Source: an uncultured Bacilli bacterium (GTDB taxonomy: Bacteria; Bacillota_I; Bacilli_A; RF39; UBA660). Taken from it: DNA of 64,000 nt. Within the stretch, counting starts at the first letter, position 1. Each line of letters opens with the position of its first letter. The notes below the pieces were generated by a model, which was given only the letters and a program-made list of their open reading frames with translations, searched no databases and was not told the origin of the DNA. The stretch spans positions 21,684 through 85,683 of the forward strand of contig CAKPGT010000001.1 of NCBI GenBank assembly GCA_934155185.1, read 5' to 3'. The position numbers and the translations under genes were made by a program. Below, piece by piece: positions 57,133 through 64,000 of this stretch.

Positions 57133-57651
57133 ATGTATAAGGAAATAGTAACTAAAGCTGTGATTGGAAAAGGAAAAAAATATTTTAAAAACAGCTACAA
57201 TCTTTTAGCAGAGAATAATGCTAATACAATATTAGGCTGCTGGGTTATAAATCACGAATTTAACGGAACCGTAAAAGGTGATAAAGTTGTTATTGATGGT
57301 AACTTTGATATAAATATATGGTATTCTTATGATGATGATAAGAAAACAGCTGTTGCAACTAAAAACATACCATATAATGAAATAGTTTCTATTAAAACTA
57401 AGGAAGGTACAACTATAGCAGGTAGTGATATTATTGTAAGAGCTTTAAAGCAACCTACATGTAGCAATGTTAAAGCAAAAGATGACGTAATAGAATTTGA
57501 CATAGAAAAAGAAATGGGAATAGAAGTAGTTAATGATGAGAAAGTAAAAATTGCTATAGAAGATGATGAAGAACCGTGGGATACAATTGAAGATGATGAA
57601 GAGGAAGCTATAGAAAAGATTGATAAAGAAGTTAAAGAGGATTTTATTTAG
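57133..57651 (+). CDS. cotE: Outer spore coat morphogenetic protein CotE
   Basis: MYKEIVTKAVIGKGKKYF...ILGCWVINHEF...FDINIWYSYDDD parallels B. subtilis CotE (YREIITKAVVAKGRKF...GGWIINH...YDINVWYSY). Acidic C-terminus. Confidence 0.8.
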   Translation: MYKEIVTKAVIGKGKKYFKNSYNLLAENNANTILGCWVINHEFNGTVKGDKVVIDGNFDINIWYSYDDDKKTAVATKNIPYNEIVSIKTKEGTTIAGSDIIVRALKQPTCSNVKAKDDVIEFDIEKEMGIEVVNDEKVKIAIEDDEEPWDTIEDDEEEAIEKIDKEVKEDFI

Positions 57652-57751
57652 AATCCTTTTTATGTGATAGTAAATGAATTGTTAACAAAAATAGTTGACA
57701 GCAAAAAAATGGTGTGATAAAATTGATGTATATGGAGGAGGAATATATATT

Positions 57752-58024
57752 ATGGCAGTTAAATTAAGATTAAAAAGAATGGGAGCTAAAAAACAACCAT
57801 TTTACAGAATAGTAGCAGCTGACTCAAGAAGTCCAAGAGATGGACGCTTTATTGAAACAGTTGGTACATATAACCCACTTACTAACCCAGCTGAGATTAA
57901 AATTGATGAAGAATTAGCAATGAAATGGTTAGGAAATGGAGCAACTCCTACTGATACAGTTAGAAATATTTTTTCAAAAGCTGGTATTATGAGCAAATTT
58001 GCAAATAAGAAACAAGGAAAGTAA
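57752..58024 (+). CDS. rpsP: 30S ribosomal protein S16
   Basis: [35 protein letters not shown]. The ATG at 57752 follows GGAGGAGG, with a TTGACA promoter at 57695. Confidence 0.9.
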   Translation: MAVKLRLKRMGAKKQPFYRIVAADSRSPRDGRFIETVGTYNPLTNPAEIKIDEELAMKWLGNGATPTDTVRNIFSKAGIMSKFANKKQGK

Positions 58025-58026
58025 TT

Positions 58027-58272
58027 ATGAAATTAGTTTTATTAACAGAAACAATTATAAAAGAGCTTGTAGATGATCCAGACAGTATTTCAGTTAAGGA
58101 ATTTCCAAGTGAAAATGACGAAATAAATATTGAGGTTATGATTCCTGAAGATCAGATGGGAAAAGTTATAGGAAAGCAAGGAAGAATTGCAAAGTCAATT
58201 AGAACTATAGTTCAGGCAAGTTCATATATTAATGGGAATAAAAGAGTAAACATTAACATTGATTCATACTAA
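58027..58272 (+). CDS. khpA: KH-domain RNA-binding protein (YlqC/KhpA)
   Basis: GKVIGKQGRIAKSIRTIV (GxxG KH motif). Conserved position after rpsP. Confidence 0.8.
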   Translation: MKLVLLTETIIKELVDDPDSISVKEFPSENDEINIEVMIPEDQMGKVIGKQGRIAKSIRTIVQASSYINGNKRVNINIDSY

Positions 58273-58297
58273 GATACCTAAAGTTAGGTATCTTTTC
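58271..58297 (+). terminator. Intrinsic terminator after khpA
   Basis: AGATACCTA AAGT TAGGTATCT plus a T-run. Confidence 0.7.
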
Positions 58298-58362
58298 TTA
58301 ATAATTTTTAATTATATAATATCAAATAAAATGTTATAATTAAATATATGAAGGTGATTTAA

Positions 58363-59040
58363 TTGAACAGAATACTAGTAGTAGATGATGAAAATGATAT
58401 AGCTGAACTAATAAAAGATATATTAGAAAACGAGGGATATAAAGTTAGAATTGAAAATAATGGAGCTTCATGTATTGATGCTGTTAAAGAAGAGCCATTT
58501 GATTTAATTTTACTTGATGTTATGATGCCTGATTATTCAGGGACGGAAGTATGCGCTAAAATACGAAGCTATACTGCGTGCCCTATAATTTTTGTTACAG
58601 CAAAGACACAGTTAGTTGATAAATTAATCGGTTTTGAGGTAGGGGCTGATGATTATATTACTAAACCATTTATTAATGAAGAGTTAGTAGCACGTGTAAA
58701 AGCTCATATAAGAAGAGAAGAAAGAATAGAAAAAAATAAAAATAATAACTTTATTACAATAGGTGAAATTAAAATTAATAAAGAAAGCTTTGAAGTGTAT
58801 AAAAATAACACTTTAATTACACTATCAACTAAAGAATTTGAACTTTTAGCATACTTAATGGAAAATGCTGGTATTGTTCTTTCTAAAGAACAAATATACC
58901 AAAGTGTTTGGAAAAATAATTATGGTGACATTGGAACTGTTGCGGTTAACATAAAAAGTTTAAGAAATAAATTAGACAAAGAAGAAAAATATATTAAAAC
59001 TATTTGGGGAATGGGGTATAAATTTGTTAAGGTGGTATGA
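58363..59040 (+). CDS. OmpR-family response regulator
   Basis: ILVVDDE...DLILLDVMMPDYSG receiver domain plus a winged-helix output (GMGYKF). Confidence 0.85.
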   Translation: MNRILVVDDENDIAELIKDILENEGYKVRIENNGASCIDAVKEEPFDLILLDVMMPDYSGTEVCAKIRSYTACPIIFVTAKTQLVDKLIGFEVGADDYITKPFINEELVARVKAHIRREERIEKNKNNNFITIGEIKINKESFEVYKNNTLITLSTKEFELLAYLMENAGIVLSKEQIYQSVWKNNYGDIGTVAVNIKSLRNKLDKEEKYIKTIWGMGYKFVKVV

Positions 59041-60323
59041 TGAAAAAAGTCTCGAGTAAAACATTTATGTTAATATCATTGATTGTTTTTCTTTTTGTTA
59101 ATTCATTTTTATTATTTTCATATTATAAGTTTTATCTATCTGATAAGATGTTATCTGACTTGGTTCACGCTAAAAAACAGAACCACGAAAGCCTTTATGT
59201 GATAGCGAGTAGTATTGATGGAAAAACAATAGAAGAAGCTAAAGAATTAGTTAATTTATATGTTAAGAATAATGGTGGATATATAACTCTTAAAGACTCT
59301 TTTGGAAATGTAATATATTCAAATAAAAAAGATACATCTAAGTTCTTTTCTTCAACTACAATTGTCAATATTGATAATATGAATTTTGAGCTTACTTACT
59401 CTAAATTATCAATTAACAGAGGAAATAGCTTAATAACTAATTTTATCTTATATGAGATAATACTTGTATCAAGTTTAGTTATAATAGTGTTTTTAATAAG
59501 TTCAAGAAGAATAATTGATCCTATAGATACTATAACTAAAGATATAAGTGACTATAGATTTGGAAAAAGGCCTTTTAAGAGAAAGATGCCTACTAAGATG
59601 CAAAAAATACAAAATACATTTGTTGAGATGGTTGATAGTTTAGAATTAGAAAAAGAAAATCAAAATAGAATAATAGCATCAATATCACATGATATTAAAA
59701 CACCATTAACTTCTGTAATTGGGTATGCTTCTCTTCTTAAAAATAATAATTTAAGTGATGAGAAGAAAACAAATTATATTGATAAGATATATAATAAAGC
59801 ATTAATGATGAAGGGAATACTTGAAGAATTTGATGATTATCAAAGTTGTAATATAAAAGAAACATTAAAACTAAAAGATATTACTATAGAAGAGTTATTT
59901 AAAATAATAAAAGATGACTATAGTGATGAGTTAGAAAGAAAAAAGATTACTTTAAATATTAATAGTAAGTGTGATAATAGGAGCATAAGAATTGACTTAG
60001 TAAAGATTAAAAGAGTATTTGGTAATATTATTGCAAATAGTGTTACTCATTTTAAAGGAAAGCAAGGAGTTATAAATATAAATGCTGTATTTAAAGATAA
60101 AATGATAAAAATAGAGGTAGGAGATAATGGTGGTGGCATTTCAAATGAAAAAGATTTGAAGAGAATATTTGAACCATTATATACCACTGATGCATCAAGA
60201 AAGATACCAGGCCTTGGGCTTTCTATATGTAAAGAAATAATTGGTGCTCATGATGGAAGAATATATGCCAAAAATAATGATATAGGTGGCCTTAGTATTA
60301 TATTTCTTATACCTGTAAATTAA
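59037..60323 (+). CDS. Sensor histidine kinase (partner of 58363)
   Basis: ISHDIKTPLTSVIGY (H-box), DNGGGIS, GLGLSICKEI. Two TM segments. 4-nt overlap with the regulator gene. Confidence 0.85.
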   Translation: MMKKVSSKTFMLISLIVFLFVNSFLLFSYYKFYLSDKMLSDLVHAKKQNHESLYVIASSIDGKTIEEAKELVNLYVKNNGGYITLKDSFGNVIYSNKKDTSKFFSSTTIVNIDNMNFELTYSKLSINRGNSLITNFILYEIILVSSLVIIVFLISSRRIIDPIDTITKDISDYRFGKRPFKRKMPTKMQKIQNTFVEMVDSLELEKENQNRIIASISHDIKTPLTSVIGYASLLKNNNLSDEKKTNYIDKIYNKALMMKGILEEFDDYQSCNIKETLKLKDITIEELFKIIKDDYSDELERKKITLNINSKCDNRSIRIDLVKIKRVFGNIIANSVTHFKGKQGVININAVFKDKMIKIEVGDNGGGISNEKDLKRIFEPLYTTDASRKIPGLGLSICKEIIGAHDGRIYAKNNDIGGLSIIFLIPVN

Positions 60324-60456
60324 TAAATTTTAATAATTTTAATGTTAAATATTAATATTTATATTTTATAATAAAAGCATAGTTAGAAAATGTGGTGCTT
60401 CTAACTATAACTTATACACTCAAAAAACACTACTTACTCCTTTATACCACATAAAA

Positions 60457-60482
60457 GAAAGACCCGTTATGGGCCTTTTTTT
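60457..60482 (+). terminator. Intrinsic terminator after the two-component operon
   Basis: AAAGACCC GTTAT GGGCCTTTTTTT (one mismatch in the stem). Confidence 0.55.
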
Positions 60483-60503
60483 GTAAACTTATCTTAAAAG
60501 TAC

Positions 60504-60533
60504 TTGACTGGTAAAATGATGTAATGTTATCAT
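60504..60533 (+). promoter_or_regulatory. Sigma-A-type promoter of paralogue 2
   Basis: TTGACT - 18 nt - TGtTATCAT. Homologous to 47831-47859. Confidence 0.5.
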
Positions 60534-60572
60534 TTAAGAGTAAGGATAGAAAAATAGATGGAGGTAGTAAAT

Positions 60573-61934
60573 ATGAGGGATAATAAGCCTATAACAGTAG
60601 CATTGATATTATTAGTTGTATCAATAATAACGTTATCTATAGCATTTGCAATGTTATCAAATAAATTAACCATATCTGGAAATGCTAAGTTAGATCCAAT
60701 AAATTGGAGTATATATTTTGATAATATATCTGGCGTAGATTTAAGTGGGGATGCTGCTATAGTTAATAATCCTGAAATAGATAGTAACAATAAAACAAAG
60801 ATAACAAACTTTAATGTTACGTTAAATAAACCAGGAGATAAGGTGGCATTTACAGTAGACTTAGTAAATGAAAGTGATATAACAGCAATAATAGATAAAA
60901 TAGATACACCAACTATAAGTTATGATTTTATAGAGTTTAGTGCATACTATACAACGGAACCTACAAAGAAAGTTTCAGAAAATGATGTAATAGCTGCTAA
61001 AATAGACGGTGAACCATCAAGAACAAACATAACAATATCAGTATATTATAGTAAAGAAAAGGTGACAAAAGAAGACTTAGAAAAAATACCAGCAGGTGGT
61101 TTAACAATAGATTTAAAAAACTATGGATTAACGTTTGTTCAGTCAGATAAGACAGCAAATATGCCAACCACAACAAAATGGATGAATGGATGTACAACTG
61201 ATTATGTAAAGAAAGCTTCAAATGAAACTTATGAAATAGGAGAATTAATATCATTTTGTAATAAAAATGCAAGATATACAAATTCAGATGGAGTATACGT
61301 AAAAGGAAAGAGTGAAGACTTTTATGTAATAAGTGATAATGGAGATACGGTAACAGCTCTTGCTAGCTATAACTTAATGGTAGGAAGTGAAGCAACAGAT
61401 ACATATGCAACAGCGTTTCCAGGACTTCAAGCAAAAAGCACTACCACATATCCAGTAGCCTTTGCAAATAAGGATGAAAATCACAAAATGACGGTATGTA
61501 CTGGAAATTACTGTTATTTGGGATACTGGACAAATACAGATGGAAGTTTAAAGGATAGTTATAAGAATGAAAGCCAAACTGATTATCCAGCAGATGTATA
61601 TAATGAAAACTCAGCATTATATGAGCACGTACAAAAATATCAAACATATTTTACAAGTACATTAAATAAGGCTACAGCAAAGATGAGGTTAGTAACATAT
61701 AATGAATTAGCAGGACTAGGCTGCGATAGATCAATTAATACTTGTAAAACAAAAACAGTAACAACAAATAAAAGAGAATGGGTATATGCCACCAATTATT
61801 GGAGTGCGTCCGCTCACGATTATAACTATGCGTTGCATGTCAGTGCTGATGGCACCCTTGGAGGTCGCAACTTCTGGTTCGATGGCGTCCTTGGTGTTCG
61901 GCCAGTTATCACAATCTCAAAGTCTGATATCTAG
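60573..61934 (+). CDS. Secreted/anchored protein of unknown function, paralogue 2, with hypervariable lectin-tip-like C-terminus
   Basis: MRDNKPITVALILLVVSIITLSIAFA... The ATG at 60573 follows GGAGG. C-terminal NYWSASA...GVRPVITISK. Confidence 0.8.
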   Translation: MRDNKPITVALILLVVSIITLSIAFAMLSNKLTISGNAKLDPINWSIYFDNISGVDLSGDAAIVNNPEIDSNNKTKITNFNVTLNKPGDKVAFTVDLVNESDITAIIDKIDTPTISYDFIEFSAYYTTEPTKKVSENDVIAAKIDGEPSRTNITISVYYSKEKVTKEDLEKIPAGGLTIDLKNYGLTFVQSDKTANMPTTTKWMNGCTTDYVKKASNETYEIGELISFCNKNARYTNSDGVYVKGKSEDFYVISDNGDTVTALASYNLMVGSEATDTYATAFPGLQAKSTTTYPVAFANKDENHKMTVCTGNYCYLGYWTNTDGSLKDSYKNESQTDYPADVYNENSALYEHVQKYQTYFTSTLNKATAKMRLVTYNELAGLGCDRSINTCKTKTVTTNKREWVYATNYWSASAHDYNYALHVSADGTLGGRNFWFDGVLGVRPVITISKSDI

Positions 61935-62164
61935 CACCGTAAGGTGCTTATAGTCCCGATTTTGGGACAAAATAGGGACTTAAGGGTTTGATTATTTGGG
62001 AAACTTAACCAAATAATCAAACGGCCTTAAACAGGCAATAAAAGGGATAGAGAAAGTAAAAGAAGAGAATGTGAGTGTTTCAGGTCTGCGATTAAGCAAA
62101 GCTGAAACCGATTTGAAATTTTGAATTAAGATAAACTATAGGAGATATAAACTCCTATTTTTTG
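61934..62164 (+). other. Structured, relatively G+C-rich 3' UTR of paralogue 2, ending in an intrinsic terminator
   Basis: Hairpins: GCACC-GTAA-GGTGC (61934-61947); GTCCC-GATTTT-GGGAC with a second GGGAC 6 nt later; a perfect 14-bp stem GTTTGATTATTTGG/CCAAATAATCAAAC (61986-62022); GTTTCAG/CTGAAAC (62077-62108); and the terminator TAGGAG..CTCCTATTTTTT (62139-62164). Confidence 0.6.
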
Positions 62165-62201
62165 TGCTATAATTTTTGTATATGGACTGGAGTGTGTTTA
62201 G

Positions 62202-64000
62202 ATGAAGAAAGTTGAGCTTTTAGCGCCTGTAGGTGATATGGCATGTCTTCGTGCTGCTATAAATGCTGGGTGTGATGCTGTTTATTTGGCAGGTAAGTTA
62301 TTTGGTGCAAGGGCATTTATAAATAATTTTAATGATGATGAATTAATTGAAGCAATTAAATATGCTCATTTACATGGTGTTAAAGTATATTTAACGGTTA
62401 ATACAATTATATATGAAAGGGAAGTAGAAAACTTTATTAAATATATTAGGTTTGTTCATAAGAACAGCATAGATGCTGTAATAATTGAAGACCTTGGTAT
62501 GCTAGATTTAATTAGAAAGAAGTTTCCTAATCTTGAAGTTCATGCATCAACACAGATGCATATTCATAATTATGAAGGTGCTTTGTTTGAAAAAAAGATG
62601 GGTGTTAAAAGAATTGTAATTGCAAGGGAAACGCCACTTGATGTTATAAAGAAAATTAAAGATGAAATAGATATAGAAGTTGAAGCATTTATTCATGGTG
62701 CACTATGTGTTAGTTACTCAGGGCAGTGTTTAATGAGCTCTTTAATTGGAAATAGAAGTGGTAATAGAGGAACATGTGCGCAGTGCTGTAGGAAGAAATA
62801 TGATTTATACGATTTAGATGGTAGAAAATTAAATAATGATGAGTATTTACTTAGTATGAAAGACTTATGTACGCTAGAATATATAGATAAAATAATATCA
62901 TCTGGTGTAGATAGCCTAAAAATAGAAGGAAGGGTTAAAAGACCATCATATGTTTATATAGTAACTAGCATATATAGAAAGGTAATAGATAACTATTATA
63001 AATATGGAAAGTTAAAAATAGATGAAGCTGACATAATAGATCTAAAAAAGATATTTAATAGGTGCTTTACTAAAGGCTTTATTATGAATGAGGAAAATAA
63101 ACTTATAGTAAATCAAAAAAGACCTAATCATATGGGAGTTAGTCTTGGCAAAATAGTAGGCTTTAAAAATGGTTATATAGATATAAAACTTGAAGATAAA
63201 TTAAACATTCATGATGGTCTTAGAATTATTGGCAAGGAAGATAAAGGCCTTGTAGTTAATAAAATGTTTATAAATAAAAAAGAGGTTAATTCTGCAAAAT
63301 GTGGTGATATAGTATCGATAAAGTATAACGAAAAAGTAACCATAGGATCTAAAGTAATTCTTACAACAGATTCACTTAGAATAAAAGAAATAGATGATAT
63401 TTTAAAAGAAGATATAAGAAAAGTTAAAGTAGATATAGAAGTGTCCGCTAAAATAAAAAATAAAATGGTTATTAAAGTGTGCGATGGCAAAAATACTGTT
63501 ACCTTATCATCACTATTTACTATAGAAGAAGCTTTTAAAAATCCTACTACTAAGGATATGATAGAAAAACAAATAACAAAGCTAGGTGGTACTATTTATA
63601 GCGCGGGTAGTATTAAACTAGATGTTTCAGATAATATATTTATAAATATAAAAGACATAAATGAACTAAGAAGAGAAGTATTTAAAAAACTAGATGAAAA
63701 AAGATTATATAATATAGAATTTATAGAAAAAGATTATGAAATTTCTGTTCCTTCTTTTAAAAAAGAAAATCTTAAAAGTATTTTGATTAATACTAAGGAA
63801 GAATATGAAAAATATAAAGATAAATACGATATACTTTATACTAATGATAAAGCTTTATTGCTAGATGATAAATGCGTTCTTAAAATCCCAAGGGTAAATA
63901 GTAAGTACACTTCTTATAGTGGGAAAGTACTAATAGGTGAGGTTGGTAGCTTACTTAAATATGATGATTTTGCAACCGATTTTTCATTTAACGTGGTAAA
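62202..64000 (+). CDS. Peptidase U32 family protein (3' end outside the window)
   Basis: MKKVELLAPVGDMACLRAAINAGCDAVYLAG...EAFIHGALCVSYSGQC...NRGTCAQCCR are U32 hallmarks. The frame stays open to the window edge, so it is absent from the ORF track. Promoter TGTGCTATAAT lies at about 62163. Confidence 0.85.
   Translation, partial: MKKVELLAPVGDMACLRAAINAGCDAVYLAGKLFGARAFINNFNDDELIEAIKYAHLHGVKVYLTVNTIIYEREVENFIKYIRFVHKNSIDAVIIEDLGMLDLIRKKFPNLEVHASTQMHIHNYEGALFEKKMGVKRIVIARETPLDVIKKIKDEIDIEVEAFIHGALCVSYSGQCLMSSLIGNRSGNRGTCAQCCRKKYDLYDLDGRKLNNDEYLLSMKDLCTLEYIDKIISSGVDSLKIEGRVKRPSYVYIVTSIYRKVIDNYYKYGKLKIDEADIIDLKKIFNRCFTKGFIMNEENKLIVNQKRPNHMGVSLGKIVGFKNGYIDIKLEDKLNIHDGLRIIGKEDKGLVVNKMFINKKEVNSAKCGDIVSIKYNEKVTIGSKVILTTDSLRIKEIDDILKEDIRKVKVDIEVSAKIKNKMVIKVCDGKNTVTLSSLFTIEEAFKNPTTKDMIEKQITKLGGTIYSAGSIKLDVSDNIFINIKDINELRREVFKKLDEKRLYNIEFIEKDYEISVPSFKKENLKSILINTKEEYEKYKDKYDILYTNDKALLLDDKCVLKIPRVNSKYTSYSGKVLIGEVGSLLKYDDFATDFSFNVV

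Noticed and set aside
62070-62110. GTTTCAGGTCTGC..AAGCAAAGCTGAAAC looked superficially like the SRP RNA domain IV (CAGGUC...GGAA...AGCAGC).
   Set aside because: There is no GNRA tetraloop, the loops do not match the conserved symmetric/asymmetric loop sequences, and the surrounding sequence lacks the extended helix. I treat it as a generic hairpin.
61948-62130. Considered whether the noncoding region after paralogue 2 is the DGR template repeat for the adjacent variable cassette. A short A-rich match, AGAAAGTAAA, resembles a template inferred by putting A at all variable sites.
   Set aside because: A template repeat must match the cassette at every non-A position. I could not align the C/G/T positions of 61948-62130 to 61800-61905. 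The 10-nt resemblance is expected by chance in A-rich sequence.

Overview
Very AT-rich chromosomal segment (well under 30% G+C by eye), typical of a low-GC, spore-forming Firmicute of the Clostridia type. Genes sit mostly on the + strand. The backbone is housekeeping: a tRNA-Asn gene plus an Asn T-box leader in front of asnS-gatCAB, then rsmI, rimP(short)-nusA-ylxR-infB-rbfA, lspA, rluD, trmB, rpsP-khpA, a SEDS protein, a MurJ/SpoVB-type flippase and a 3'-truncated U32 peptidase. Sporulation genes are scattered through it: cotE, a cotZ/Y-like gene, cotF-like genes and cse60. I can fold 12 tRNA genes (Ser, fMet, Asn, Asp, Phe, Arg x2, Pro x2, Ala, Ile, Glu). Nine of them lie between 19.2 and 31.3 kb as singles or pairs, interleaved with small cargo modules: a C15 peptidase-like gene, nitroreductase plus a transglutaminase-like gene, a dNMP-kinase-like P-loop protein, exoIII, an orphan LL-H holin, an unknown 3-gene operon, a 3-gene BcrA/BadF activase module and a DUF1016 nuclease. 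tRNA-Phe 3'-end-derived direct repeats bracket two of these modules. The most unusual signal is a pair of mosaic paralogues encoding a secreted protein (47899-49329 and 60573-61934). They are near-identical from the promoter onward, but each ends in a sharply bounded hypervariable tract of about 90-105 nt that is G+C-rich and adenine-poor. This tract lies in a YWSxS...G.RPV (C-type-lectin/DUF1566-like) tip. That layout resembles the variable region of a diversity-generating retroelement target, yet no reverse transcriptase or template repeat is present in this window. The second copy is followed by a tetraloop hairpin at the stop codon and a roughly 200-nt structured 3' UTR. I saw no rRNA, CRISPR array, integrase, transposase or reverse transcriptase. 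Hand-derived coordinates may be off by 1-2 nt.
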